A program made the translations under genes and the position numbers. Below are positions 42,779-52,251 of a stretch of DNA of 64,000 bases, in pieces. Every line of letters starts with the position of its first letter. Position 1 is the stretch's first letter. The notes beneath the pieces were generated by a model, which worked only from the letters and a program-made list of their open reading frames with translations, did not search any database and had not been told where the DNA came from. The stretch comes from an uncultured Azospirillum sp. (lineage in GTDB: Bacteria > Pseudomonadota > Alphaproteobacteria > RF32 > CAG-239): contig CAMYUM010000001.1 in NCBI GenBank assembly GCA_947301965.1, positions 190,731 to 254,730 of the forward strand, written 5' to 3'.

Positions 42779-43789
42779 GTGATTCAAAAGAATTGGCAAG
42801 AACTTATTAAACCGACTAATTTAGAAGTTGTTCCCAGCGATGGCGGAAACAAAGCTAAAATAGTGGTAGAACCATTAGAGAGAGGCTTTGGTCTCACTCT
42901 TGGTAACGCATTGAGACGGGTTTTGTTGTCTTCTTTGCAAGGCGGAGCTGTTACCGCCATTAAAATTGACGGCGTTTTGCATGAATTTTCAGTTATTCCG
43001 GGTGTCCGCGAAGATGTTACGGATATTGTACTGAACATTAAATGCTTGGCTGTTGCTGTTCATAGTGAAGGCACAAAATCTATGACTTTGAAAGCCGAAG
43101 GTCCTTGTGTGGTTACCGCAGCAATGATTGAAACCGGTCACGATGTTGAAATTATGAATCCGGATTTGGTTATTTGTAACCTTGATGCCGGTGCTAAAAT
43201 CAATATGGAATTGACTGTCGGAACCGGTAAGGGCTATGTTCCGGCCAGCCAAAATAAACCGGCCGATGCTCCTATCGGATTGATTCCGGTTGATGCGATT
43301 TATTCTCCGATTAAACGCGTTTCATACCGTGTCGACAATACTCGTGTCGGACAAGTTACCGACTATGATAAGCTGACTTTGGTTGTTGAAACCAACGGTG
43401 TGGTTACTCCGGAAGATGCAGTAGCATTTGCTGCCCGTATCTTGCAAGATCAGTTGAAACCGTTTATCAATTTTGATGAGCCGGAAAACGAAGTTGAAGC
43501 AGAAAAAGAAGAATTGCCGTTCAACAAGAATTTGTTGAAGAAGGTTGAAGAACTCGAACTTTCTGTTCGTTCGGCTAACTGCCTGAAGAATGATAATATC
43601 GTTTATATCGGTGATTTGGTTCAAAAGACTGAGGCAGAAATGCTCCGTACACCGAACTTTGGTCGTAAATCTTTGAACGAAATCAAAGAGGTGCTGGCTA
43701 AAATGGGTATTCATCTCGGTATGGAAACACCAGGTTGGCCGCCGGAGAATATTGAGGAGTTGATTAAGAGGGTTGACGACCATTTCTAG
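42779..43789 (+). CDS. rpoA: DNA-directed RNA polymerase subunit alpha
   Basis: 336 aa; NTD and CTD canonical. Confidence 0.92.
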   Translation: MIQKNWQELIKPTNLEVVPSDGGNKAKIVVEPLERGFGLTLGNALRRVLLSSLQGGAVTAIKIDGVLHEFSVIPGVREDVTDIVLNIKCLAVAVHSEGTKSMTLKAEGPCVVTAAMIETGHDVEIMNPDLVICNLDAGAKINMELTVGTGKGYVPASQNKPADAPIGLIPVDAIYSPIKRVSYRVDNTRVGQVTDYDKLTLVVETNGVVTPEDAVAFAARILQDQLKPFINFDEPENEVEAEKEELPFNKNLLKKVEELELSVRSANCLKNDNIVYIGDLVQKTEAEMLRTPNFGRKSLNEIKEVLAKMGIHLGMETPGWPPENIEELIKRVDDHF

Positions 43790-44032
43790 AAAACTCGTAT
43801 AACGGTCAACTAATACAAAAACTTCATCAGCCGGTTCGGTCATGTACGTCTATGTACACTCCTCGCCGGCTGATTTGTTTTTTATTATTTGCCTCGTTCT
43901 ACGAGTTTTTTCGATATTGAGGAAAAAGAGAGAAATTTTTCTCTCTTTTTATTTTGACTTTATCTAAACCATTCTTTGCATTTTGTGAGGGCAAAAGGTG
44001 TTTTTTATTATTTGCCTCGTTCTCCGAGTTTT
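43790..44032. repeat. structured intergenic repeat element, copy 1 (starts at rpoA stop, ends at dtd stop)
   Basis: Its first ~100 nt are ~95% identical to 54704-54805. It carries a 9-bp perfect hairpin (ATCAGCCGG at 43826-43834 / CCGGCTGAT at 43866-43874) with a T-run. It also has two copies of TTATTATTTGCCTCGTTCT[AC]CGAGTTTT and an AAAAAGAGAGAAA/TTTCTCTCTTTTT palindrome (43923-43950). Confidence 0.8.
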
Positions 44033-44470
44033 CTAGCGTTCGAGAACGAATGTGACCGGACCGTCGTTAATCAGGCTAACTTGCATATCGGCCTGAAAAA
44101 TGCCGTTTTCGGTCGGGACGCCATGGTTTTTGAGTTGAGAGGAAAAGTATTCGTATAAGGGTTTGGCCTCTTCCGGGCGGGCGGCATTGTCAAATCCGGG
44201 GCGGTTGCCTTGAGAGCAGTCTCCGGCAAGTGTAAATTGAGAGATTACGAGGGCAGAGCCTTTGATATCTTTGACAGAAAGGTTCATTTTGCCTTGTTGA
44301 TCTTCAAATATACGCAGGTCAGAGGCTTTTCGTGCCAGATATTCAGCCTGTTTCGGGGCGTCTCCTTTTGCAATGCCGATAAAAATAAGCAAGCCTTGTC
44401 CAATTTGTCCGACTACTTGGTCGTTGACGGCGACAGAGGCTTTTTTGACACGTTGCAGCAATAGTTTCAT
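44033..44470 (-). CDS. dtd: D-aminoacyl-tRNA deacylase
   Basis: 145 aa; SQFTLAGD…GNRPGF Dtd motifs; sits on the opposite strand between rpoA and rplQ. Confidence 0.8.
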   Translation of the reverse strand: MKLLLQRVKKASVAVNDQVVGQIGQGLLIFIGIAKGDAPKQAEYLARKASDLRIFEDQQGKMNLSVKDIKGSALVISQFTLAGDCSQGNRPGFDNAARPEEAKPLYEYFSSQLKNHGVPTENGIFQADMQVSLINDGPVTFVLER

Positions 44471-44674
44471 GTGTTTTTCTCCTGTGTTTCAGAGTGGAGG
44501 ATATTGGTTAAAATATTATTATAAAAATGCTTGCAAATATGAAAAATATTATATATATTGCGCTTGCGTTGAAAGTGATTCGACGTAAAACCGATATGTA
44601 TGAAGGTAGTATCGGTACGGAATTATCCGCTTTGCCAGTCAAAGCACAACATTATAAAATGAAAGGAAAATGCC

Positions 44675-45301
44675 ATGAGACATGGTGATGCACATAAAAA
44701 ATTTAATATGCCGACCAGCCAGAGAAGAGCTTTGTTTTCTAATCTTACCTGCGCTTTGTTGACACACGAACAAATTAAAGTTACTTTGCCGCGCGCTAAA
44801 GAGTTGAGAACATTTGCCGATAACATGATTACTTTTGGTAAAAAAGGCGATTTGAACAGCCGTCGTTTGGCATTGGCCTTTTTGCGTGATGAAGAAGTTG
44901 TTGCAAAGTTGTTTTCGACTTTGGCAGAGCGTTACAAAAACCGCAATGGCGGTTATACCCGCGTTTTGAAAGCCGGCATTCGTTACGGCGATGCTGCTCC
45001 GATGGCGATTGTTGAGTTGGTTGACAGAGATGTTAAGGCCAAGGGTGCTAAAGATTTGGCTCGCGTAGCTGCTGAAAAGGCTGCTGCTGAAGCTGAGGAA
45101 AAAGCAGCCGAAGCAGAGGCTAAAAAAGCCGAGAAAAAGGCTGAAAAGAAAACCGAAAAGAAAGCAGAAAAGTCGGTAGAGAAAAAAGCTGAAAAGAAGG
45201 CAGTAGAAAAGAAAACCGAAAAGAAAGCCGAGAAGCCTGCAGAAAAGAAAGCTAAAGCTCCGGTAAAAGCTAAAAAAACTACCAAAACAGCTGAAAAATA
45301 A
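44675..45301 (+). CDS. rplQ: 50S ribosomal protein L17 with ~90-aa Lys/Ala/Glu-rich C-terminal extension
   Basis: N-terminal 118 aa canonical L17; then (A/T)EKK-type imperfect repeats encoded by tandem gctgaaaagaaa-like units (nt ~45030-45301). Confidence 0.88.
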   Translation: MRHGDAHKKFNMPTSQRRALFSNLTCALLTHEQIKVTLPRAKELRTFADNMITFGKKGDLNSRRLALAFLRDEEVVAKLFSTLAERYKNRNGGYTRVLKAGIRYGDAAPMAIVELVDRDVKAKGAKDLARVAAEKAAAEAEEKAAEAEAKKAEKKAEKKTEKKAEKSVEKKAEKKAVEKKTEKKAEKPAEKKAKAPVKAKKTTKTAEK

Positions 45302-45318
45302 TCAGCGAATCGGATTAA

Positions 45319-45393
45319 AGATAAAAGGATGGCAAAAGCCATCCTTTTTGTTATAAAAAAACACCGGGCAGTTTGATCTGCGCGGTGTTTTTT
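45319..45393. terminator. two consecutive hairpin terminators after rplQ / before lipoprotein gene
   Basis: aaaggatggcaaaagccatcctttttg and aaaaaaacaccgggcag…ctgcgcggtgttttttg. Confidence 0.55.
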
Positions 45394-45413
45394 GAAAGAG
45401 GGTAGGAAAACGA

Positions 45414-46694
45414 TTATCGGTCGTAGAAAACAAGTCCAATGTTGAACTGTGCCTTACACTCGAGTTTGTCAAAATCGGCCATTACGTAGCGAATTAAACG
45501 GTAACCGACGTATTTGCCATTTTCGTTCTCTCCTGATTGATTTTGTATGAGCTCCTGTTCATCCGAGAAACGGAAGTTTTGGAATGTTGGAACAGGAAAG
45601 TCGCATTGCAGATAACCATCATAATAAAATGAAGCATCGCTATAGACTTCCATATCAAAATCAAAGAAGTTGTAAACGATATTGAGCATACGGTAATATC
45701 TTATTGTTTGTACGTACGGGACAATATACATATCGATAGCATTATAGACATCTCCCAGTTCGTATGAAACAATTTCGACAGTTTCAGGTTGCTGACCATG
45801 AAATATTATGCTCTTCATTTGGTCTTCAATGTAGGCATAAACCGGAACTTCAACAACTTCCGTCTTGACCTGACCATCCGACCACCACCGCTTGATTTGC
45901 AATCGAGAATGAACTTGGTCTCCTGAAGTGTAATAGGATGATGACAAGAGTTCACTCTTTTTAACGTAAGCTTCAAAGGCATCACCAAATGGAGTCTGTA
46001 AAATGACTTTAGCTTTGAGGGTGTAAGTTTCGCCGTTCAAATCAACTGAGATAGAATGGTCAATTTGTCTGCGAGCAAAAACCGTCAGGCTTTCATCGTT
46101 GATAGATTCAAGCTTGGAGATTTCCATACCTTTGTCTTTGAGATTTTGGATTTTGTGGTAGGGCATGAGTTCTCGGCTGATGCCATCGTCATAGACGGCA
46201 ACCTCATACTCAAGCTCGTATTCAAAAGAAAAATCCTCAAAGTTAACGGTATAAACCATTACGGAGTCAGTGATGGTGACGTAACCATCTTGACGAGTAC
46301 CTTTAACACGATACGAGATGTCGGTAGTGTAATCCCCAATATCAAAGTACGTGTTGTTGATTGTAATTGTAGTGTCGGTGTTGTGAAACACGTCTTTCAA
46401 GAGTACAGTAACGACGTCTCCGTCATCACCGGAAGCTCGAGTCTTGGGCGCAGTCTTGGTTTGGACCTTAATCCAAGATTCGTAGGAGAGCTCGGTACCG
46501 GAAATTGAGGCTCCGGTCTCGGTAGTGCCTGAAAGTTGTTGAGCAGTAACCTTGTTAGCAAGGCCGGTGTCAATAACTTTGCTTTCGATGACTTCCTGGT
46601 TTGCAGGGTCAAGGGGGTCCTCGCATGATGTAAACATCATGGCGGCCAAAAACACAGTTGCTGTGATAATCGGCCAAAACTTGATAGTTTTCAT
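45414..46694 (-). CDS. hypothetical secreted protein / lipoprotein (426 aa)
   Basis: Signal peptide MKTIKFWPIITATVFLAAMMFTSCEDP… with a Cys followed by an acidic stretch. The mature protein is Y/D/E-rich and probably beta-rich. It lies downstream of the two Cys-rich genes on the same strand. No family recognised. Confidence 0.5.
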   Translation of the reverse strand: MKTIKFWPIITATVFLAAMMFTSCEDPLDPANQEVIESKVIDTGLANKVTAQQLSGTTETGASISGTELSYESWIKVQTKTAPKTRASGDDGDVVTVLLKDVFHNTDTTITINNTYFDIGDYTTDISYRVKGTRQDGYVTITDSVMVYTVNFEDFSFEYELEYEVAVYDDGISRELMPYHKIQNLKDKGMEISKLESINDESLTVFARRQIDHSISVDLNGETYTLKAKVILQTPFGDAFEAYVKKSELLSSSYYTSGDQVHSRLQIKRWWSDGQVKTEVVEVPVYAYIEDQMKSIIFHGQQPETVEIVSYELGDVYNAIDMYIVPYVQTIRYYRMLNIVYNFFDFDMEVYSDASFYYDGYLQCDFPVPTFQNFRFSDEQELIQNQSGENENGKYVGYRLIRYVMADFDKLECKAQFNIGLVFYDR

Positions 46695-46904
46695 ACCTTT
46701 TGATATTAATTGTTAATAATAAATTTGTTGCCATAAAAATTGTAGAAAATAATTTGATTAAACTGTTCCGTTTATGGTCCGGTAGACCTTTAATGTAAAA
46801 TTTTGGAGTCTATTTACGCATTATGCATCACATGATAAACCAGAGTAGGTTAAAAAATGGTGAAGGTCAATATTGAGAGGTGAGTAGCCGCATAGTTATA
46901 AACA

Positions 46905-46943
46905 AAAAAAAGAGAGAAGATTCGATCTTCTCTCTTTTTGGGT
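46905..46943. terminator. bidirectional terminator after Cys-rich gene B
   Basis: aaaaaaaagagagaagattcgatcttctctctttttgg (11-bp stem flanked by an A-run and a T-run). Confidence 0.6.
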
Positions 46944-46961
46944 TTTTGTAACAGGGTATGC

Positions 46962-49487
46962 TTATTCACAAGTCATAAGCTGAACAGTAGAACGGTTGTC
47001 ATGGTTACAACTTTGATAAGTCATCTCGCAGAGATTGTTTACATATGTTTGTCGATCTCCGCAATTAGTTCCGCTGGTGCAGACCTGTTTTTTGGAGGTA
47101 TAATCAACAGATCTCAAGTAACCTTTATTTCCGGAAACAGTATATGTGCATGCCATGTAGGCTTGCGAATCGTATATATGAGCATCTCTGTTACCATTGC
47201 ATCCACATCTGAGCAATCTGACGTGGTTATGACGCTGGTAGTCAACTTTGTCTACCATTGAACATTTTTTGAGAATTTTGTTACGACCTTCCAAAATGCG
47301 GGCACTATTGTCGGTAACCTGTATTTTACTACCGGTAGTTAAACCAATTGTGTATTGGGCCGAATTGTTGGGGTTGTAAAGATACCAGTCAAGAGCGTTA
47401 GACAAGTTTAAGGTTAAACCTCTTGCACGGTAAGCGCCTTGAGCCCAACCAACCTGAAGATTGGTGTAAACACTGGCCGGAGAAGAGCTCGAAGGTCCGT
47501 AAAATCTGAAGGTTTTGTTGACAAGAGATGCTGATGGTAAGTGATCTTTATCAGAACAACTTTTTCCGGTCTCAGCATCTTTTATTGTCCAATTGTAGCG
47601 GTTTTGATAGGTATCACGCTCGTTACCGATCTGGAATTTGTTAACCGCAAAGACCTGACCCTCACCAAGAGTGATTGAGTTGGTAACATCTTTCGAGCTA
47701 ATATCGGTCAAAGTTCCTCGACCAAAGTACGAAGATTCGCTGTTGAACGAGTATCCGGAGGATAGAAATCGGTTTCTGTTAACTAGTTCTCCTGAAATGT
47801 TAACTTCACCGGTTCCTGTTAACGTGAGGGTTCCATAATTCCAAAGTGTTCCGCTGACAGTCAAGATTCCGTTATCAACAGTTAAAGCACGGTAGGAAGA
47901 AGTTGATTGAGGGAATCTGAGTTCGATTCCCTTGAAATTAAGGGGATCGGTATTTGCTTGCGAATCATTGCTCGGAAATGTCGATGCCGTGTATGTAATC
48001 ACCGGGGTGCCACTGCAGTTATTTTTGGCGTTGTCGGCAATAGGATCATCGCCGAAAGTTTCAAGATACTGGGCGGCTGAAATATAGGTTTTAGCCTTAG
48101 AGCCTACGAGCCCGGCGTAACCAGTGGTAGTATTCGTCGTAGTTATATCTCTGGTGTGAGTGCATACGGCTAGCATTTCTCTGCCGCCACCGCCGTTGCC
48201 TCGAGCACAACCATATCGTGTGAGGTTACTGTACGGTTGATCAAGATATTGACATGGAATAGGCCCTATGTGTGAGAACGTCCATTCGCTGCCAAGATCA
48301 TGATGTTGCCATACGCCACAGTTTGTGCAAACACAACTGTCATCATCCTGGTAGAATGGATTTTCGCGAGGAGTAACGTTATCCTTGCACTCACGCCTTA
48401 TGCAAACGGTTGTTGTGTGAGAGCTGCTTGAAGAGCTATTACTACCAGCTGTACTTATGGTTACACTGTCAGCTACAATTGCTTTGGTTGCAGTACTGGT
48501 ATTACCATTACCATCTACAACTGTGGTAGCGGTCAATACACCATACTGGGTATCATTAGTGGCTTTTAATAACTCTTTGATTGCACCGGAACATGTGTCT
48601 TTGGTGCACTTGCCGTTAACAACGGTGTATCCCGATTTGCAAGAAGTGGCTCTGTAGCGTTCACTATTGCCACCGGTACATCCCTTTTCAGTACGGCATT
48701 TGACGTAATTTACCACTTCACTGGGGAGCTCTGTATAAGGGTAAGTTGTGGCATCGCACTGACAGCAGTCGGAAACGTATTGCAGTCCATCTTCGTCAGT
48801 ACAAGTTGTGGCACTTCCGGGAACACCATAACTACAGGTTGTTTTAAGGATAGTTTCGTTACATTCACATTTTGTAAAGTGTTCATCGCCATCAGGAGCG
48901 TCCTGGCATCTGATACCACCAGCTTTCATACCTTTGGCCTGGCAGATCTCTACAGTACGGGGATAGGTGACAGGATTACACAAACAACCTTTGTAAAGCG
49001 AGGTTGTAACTAAGGCATCGTTTTTGTATTGTCTAAAATAGCAGATGCCGTTTGCGTAATCACCACGAGCGTTTTCATACGAAGTACCGTTGCTGAGGCG
49101 AGTACAGTTGTCCCCACTTTCATAATAATCAAACTCATCGGGGCATCCACATTTTAGCAAATTACCGCATCGATCAAGTATGATGTTGGTGCTGTCGCAT
49201 TGGGAGGTATATTCAGCGTCGCAACATAATACCCAGTTGTTGTCATAAGGACAGTAGTCACCGATATGTTTTGGGGTGACACATTCAGTTCTTTTGACGG
49301 TATAGCCCGCTTCTTTGCATTTTTGTTCAAGTTCGTTAGCATCAGGGATAATATCATCAGGATTAACGCTTCCATCTCCACACTCGCCGGAGGGGAGAAA
49401 ACAAACGCTGGCGTTGGTACTTAAAGACCAAAAACAGCAACAGCCGACAAGCAATGCGGCCATTAGATATTTATACGATTTTTTCAT
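46962..49487 (-). CDS. large cysteine-rich secreted protein, paralog B (841 aa)
   Basis: Signal peptide MKKSYKYLMAALLVGCCCFWSLSTNA. About 34 Cys lie in the first ~330 aa with conserved spacing (CPYDNNWVLCC, CGNLLKCGC, YPRTVEIC, TKCEC, CSYGVP, TYPYTELPSEV, NGKC). An S/T/N linker follows, then a second Cys cluster. A ~400-aa Cys-free region carries NISGEL/VSGTL repeats. A small C-terminal Cys cluster ends in MTCE. It is about 50% identical to the product of 49655..52183. Confidence 0.7.
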   Translation of the reverse strand: MKKSYKYLMAALLVGCCCFWSLSTNASVCFLPSGECGDGSVNPDDIIPDANELEQKCKEAGYTVKRTECVTPKHIGDYCPYDNNWVLCCDAEYTSQCDSTNIILDRCGNLLKCGCPDEFDYYESGDNCTRLSNGTSYENARGDYANGICYFRQYKNDALVTTSLYKGCLCNPVTYPRTVEICQAKGMKAGGIRCQDAPDGDEHFTKCECNETILKTTCSYGVPGSATTCTDEDGLQYVSDCCQCDATTYPYTELPSEVVNYVKCRTEKGCTGGNSERYRATSCKSGYTVVNGKCTKDTCSGAIKELLKATNDTQYGVLTATTVVDGNGNTSTATKAIVADSVTISTAGSNSSSSSSHTTTVCIRRECKDNVTPRENPFYQDDDSCVCTNCGVWQHHDLGSEWTFSHIGPIPCQYLDQPYSNLTRYGCARGNGGGGREMLAVCTHTRDITTTNTTTGYAGLVGSKAKTYISAAQYLETFGDDPIADNAKNNCSGTPVITYTASTFPSNDSQANTDPLNFKGIELRFPQSTSSYRALTVDNGILTVSGTLWNYGTLTLTGTGEVNISGELVNRNRFLSSGYSFNSESSYFGRGTLTDISSKDVTNSITLGEGQVFAVNKFQIGNERDTYQNRYNWTIKDAETGKSCSDKDHLPSASLVNKTFRFYGPSSSSPASVYTNLQVGWAQGAYRARGLTLNLSNALDWYLYNPNNSAQYTIGLTTGSKIQVTDNSARILEGRNKILKKCSMVDKVDYQRHNHVRLLRCGCNGNRDAHIYDSQAYMACTYTVSGNKGYLRSVDYTSKKQVCTSGTNCGDRQTYVNNLCEMTYQSCNHDNRSTVQLMTCE

Positions 49488-49529
49488 GATGAACCTCCCT
49501 TATTTAACACTATGCGCGCATTATATTTC

Positions 49530-49558
49530 ATTATACGTTAAAAAACAGTAAAAGTCAA
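49530..49558 (-). promoter_or_regulatory. consensus sigma-70 promoter of Cys-rich gene B
   Basis: Read on the minus strand: TTGACT, a 17-nt spacer (tttactgttttttaacg), then TATAAT. A ~45-nt leader leads to the AAGGGAGG RBS and the ATG at 49487. Confidence 0.55.
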
Positions 49559-49589
49559 TATAAAGCGGGTTAGAATCGATTATTTGGAT

Positions 49590-49632
49590 CTTAAAAACAA
49601 AATCGATATAGATTGCAGTCTATACCGATTTT
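49590..49632 (-). terminator. rho-independent terminator of Cys-rich gene A
   Basis: AAAATCGATATAGA ttgcag TCTATACCGATTTT: a 14-bp stem with one mismatch, followed on the minus strand by TTTTGTTTTT. Confidence 0.55.
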
Positions 49633-49654
49633 GTTTGTAGAGAATAGTATGCTA

Positions 49655-52183
49655 TTATTCGTATTCGGAGTCTTCACAAGTGAGCATAACTCCGGTTTTG
49701 GGGCCAAAGTAGTCTTCGTCATGGCCTCTTGAATAGCTAAAGCTGCAGCCACTACCAAAAGTTGTCTTTATGTTGACACAATCACCGTCAGGTTTGACGG
49801 TTACTGTAGAGCTAGAACTTTCGCGAGAAACATAGCCACTGCTACCTATTGAACAAGCATAGTAAGATGATAACCCAAGAGGAGAGTTATCTCCGCTTGA
49901 CGTTATACAACTATCGGCTTGACAATCTAAGAAACGATGTCGGTCTCGTCCGAAATAGACGGTATCTGTCATTTTGCACCAACCATAGGATGTGTTGTAT
50001 CCGGCCCAGATGCGGGCGTAGTTACCATAACCATAGTCGGTTGAATATATCTTACTGCCGGTGGTCAGATTAATGTAATAATTTCTGGAATTACCATACA
50101 AGTTCCAGTCAAGATTGCCGGACATACGAAGGGTTAAGAAACTGGTGCGTAAGGTTTTGCCCGGTATGTAACCGAGATAAAGGTTGGTGTAGATATTGGC
50201 AGTGTTTGATGATGAAGGACCTTCAAAATCTACAGTTGTATAATAGGGGTAGGCAAGAGGCAATGATTGGCCGACAATATCGGTGGTAATGCTGGGATGA
50301 GAACTTCTATACTGATCAGTAGCTGAAGAAATGGCCAAAGTGGAAACCCTGAACTCTTGTCTGGGGCCAAAGCTAAAGCTTGCCGGTGTTCTGTTTCTGT
50401 ATTTTTCCGGGATTAAAATATTAATAGTTCCGGAAGAATATGATGATGATTCGTTATATGAATACCCTGAGGAATCAAAAGTATCCATGATTTGCAGTGT
50501 TCCGGAAATATTAACATTGCCATTGCTTGAAGGTGACGACAGATTTATCGGACCATAGGCATTGAGAGTTCCGGTTATGTTCAATCCGCCTTCGTTCAAG
50601 ACAAGTTTGCGATAAGATTTGGTTGTGCTTGAAAACTTTAGATTGACATTAGAAAAACTGATTGTTTGGTTGCTGGCAGATTCAGAGTCATTAGCCGGGA
50701 AATTCGATGCCGTGTAAGTTATGGTCGGCGTGTTTTTGCAAACAGTTCGGGCGGTAGCTGCGGCAGGATCGTTATTTACTACCGAATTCAAAAATTGAGT
50801 TGCCGAAATATATTGTGTGGCTTTAGAATTAGCCAGCCCCTTATAAGTAGTCGAAGTTGAAGAATTGCTTACTGTTACGACATCCGTACACTTGGCCGTC
50901 ATGCTTCGACCATAGAAATCACGAGGGCAAACGGTATCATATGCACTGTTGGGATAAATACGGTTATAATCACACGGGAGATAATAGTTGCACATTTCAA
51001 GTGCATCTGCGTTCATGTGATTTTCGAGACAACAGTTTGTGCATGTGCAGTTTTCAGTATCTTCATAATATGGAATTGTCTGGGGCGAAACACAAGTGCG
51101 TTGGCGACACATTCGAGTTGAGCCTGTATTGGTTGATGAACTATTGGTGCTGGCAGTAGAAATAGTTACATCATCAGCAACGATGGCTTTAGTGGCATTA
51201 CTGGTGTTGCCATCAGCATCAACAACGCCACTAGATGTCAATAAACCGTACGCTGTGTTTGGATTGTATTTTAAGTAGGTCTTAAGTGCATTTAAACAAG
51301 ATACCTGTTCGCACTTGCCGTTTCTGACTTCATATCCTGGTTTGCAAGTTTCTGCTTTGTAGCGATTGCTGCTTCCGCCGATGCAGCCTTGAGCCGCGCG
51401 ACAAGCGGTATAAGTGTCAACTTCCGGCGGTATTTCGGTATAAGGATATGTTGACGAACTACAAGAGCAACATGCAGAAGTGTATTGCACGCCTTCTTCT
51501 GATGTACATATCTGAGCGGTCGGGGGAACACCGTAGGTACACGATGACTTAAGAATAGTGCTGGTGCATAAACACTTTGTATAATGTTTTTTTCCGTTAC
51601 TGTCTTGACACATGGTTCCACCACCAACCATATTGCGGGCAGCACAAATACTATCCGTACGCGGGTAAACTGTGTCATCGCAAATACACCCGGTATATAG
51701 AGGTACGGTATTTAGCTGGTTGTTAACATAGGTTGGGAGGTAACAAATGCCGTTATCATAATCACCCTGGCTATTTTGGTATTCCGTACCGGTGCTGTAT
51801 CGTGCGCAGCCGGTATTATTTTCATTATAGTCGTACTCTTCAGCGCAGCCACATTTTACGAGTGTGCCGCATATGTCGACAACAATATTAGTGCTTTCAC
51901 ATTGCAAAGTGTAATCAGGAGTACAACACATTACCCAGTTGTTGTCATAAGGACAAAAAGCACCGATTTTTTGGGGAGAAACACAAGCGGACTTGGCAAC
52001 AATATAGCCGTCGGCAGCACATTTACTGGCAAGATCATCAACGTCAACATCTGCGCCGGCAACTTCGGAGTCTGCACAATTGCCTCGGGGGAGAAAACAT
52101 ACATTAGCATTGGCTGATATAGCCCAGAAACAGCCGCATGCAATCAGCGTTAAGGCTGTCAGATATTTGAATGATTTTGTCAT
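49655..52183 (-). CDS. large cysteine-rich secreted protein, paralog A (~842 aa from MTKSF start)
   Basis: The track gives 49655..52225, but the upstream ATG (MKYSAHVV…) lies inside the -10 box of the duplicated promoter. The start at ~52183 (MTKSFKYLTALTLIACGCFWAISANA) has a GGGGAGA RBS and aligns with the paralog B N-terminus. Domain layout is the same as B (CPYDNNWVMCC, CGTLVKCGC, YPRTDSIC, TKCLC, CTYGVP, TYPYTEIPPEV, NGKC). Confidence 0.7.
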   Translation of the reverse strand: MTKSFKYLTALTLIACGCFWAISANANVCFLPRGNCADSEVAGADVDVDDLASKCAADGYIVAKSACVSPQKIGAFCPYDNNWVMCCTPDYTLQCESTNIVVDICGTLVKCGCAEEYDYNENNTGCARYSTGTEYQNSQGDYDNGICYLPTYVNNQLNTVPLYTGCICDDTVYPRTDSICAARNMVGGGTMCQDSNGKKHYTKCLCTSTILKSSCTYGVPPTAQICTSEEGVQYTSACCSCSSSTYPYTEIPPEVDTYTACRAAQGCIGGSSNRYKAETCKPGYEVRNGKCEQVSCLNALKTYLKYNPNTAYGLLTSSGVVDADGNTSNATKAIVADDVTISTASTNSSSTNTGSTRMCRQRTCVSPQTIPYYEDTENCTCTNCCLENHMNADALEMCNYYLPCDYNRIYPNSAYDTVCPRDFYGRSMTAKCTDVVTVSNSSTSTTYKGLANSKATQYISATQFLNSVVNNDPAAATARTVCKNTPTITYTASNFPANDSESASNQTISFSNVNLKFSSTTKSYRKLVLNEGGLNITGTLNAYGPINLSSPSSNGNVNISGTLQIMDTFDSSGYSYNESSSYSSGTINILIPEKYRNRTPASFSFGPRQEFRVSTLAISSATDQYRSSHPSITTDIVGQSLPLAYPYYTTVDFEGPSSSNTANIYTNLYLGYIPGKTLRTSFLTLRMSGNLDWNLYGNSRNYYINLTTGSKIYSTDYGYGNYARIWAGYNTSYGWCKMTDTVYFGRDRHRFLDCQADSCITSSGDNSPLGLSSYYACSIGSSGYVSRESSSSTVTVKPDGDCVNIKTTFGSGCSFSYSRGHDEDYFGPKTGVMLTCEDSEYE

Positions 52184-52222
52184 GGCCAATCTCCCCAATA
52201 ATACCACGTGCGCACTATACTT

Positions 52223-52251
52223 CATTATACGTTAAAAAACAGTAAAAGTCA
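52223..52251 (-). promoter_or_regulatory. consensus sigma-70 promoter of Cys-rich gene A (duplicate of the gene B promoter)
   Basis: The same TTGACT-tttactgttttttaacg-TATAAT sequence as at 49530-49558. The duplicated block extends ~80 nt. Coordinates are +/-1 nt. Confidence 0.55.

Noticed and set aside
43322-43843. 173-aa minus-strand ORF starting MTEPADEVFVLVDRYTSF… and its twin at 54552..54755 (MTEPADEVSVLVDRYTSF…)
   Set aside because: Both are produced by the repeat element. They run antisense into rpoA and pgk respectively and diverge completely after ~20 codons. The similarity is nucleotide-level repeat identity, not a conserved protein.
44033-44060. Idea that the dtd C-terminus (…FVLER*) was captured from the adjacent repeat module CTCGTTCTCCGAG
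   Set aside because: The similarity is only ~12 nt and FVLER-like endings occur in Dtd proteins generally. It is noted as a curiosity, not supported.
52184-52225. Upstream ATG start (MKYSAHVVLLGRLA…) for Cys-rich paralog A
   Set aside because: These codons overlap the -10 hexamer and leader of the duplicated consensus promoter. The paralog B alignment and the RBS support MTKSF… as the start.
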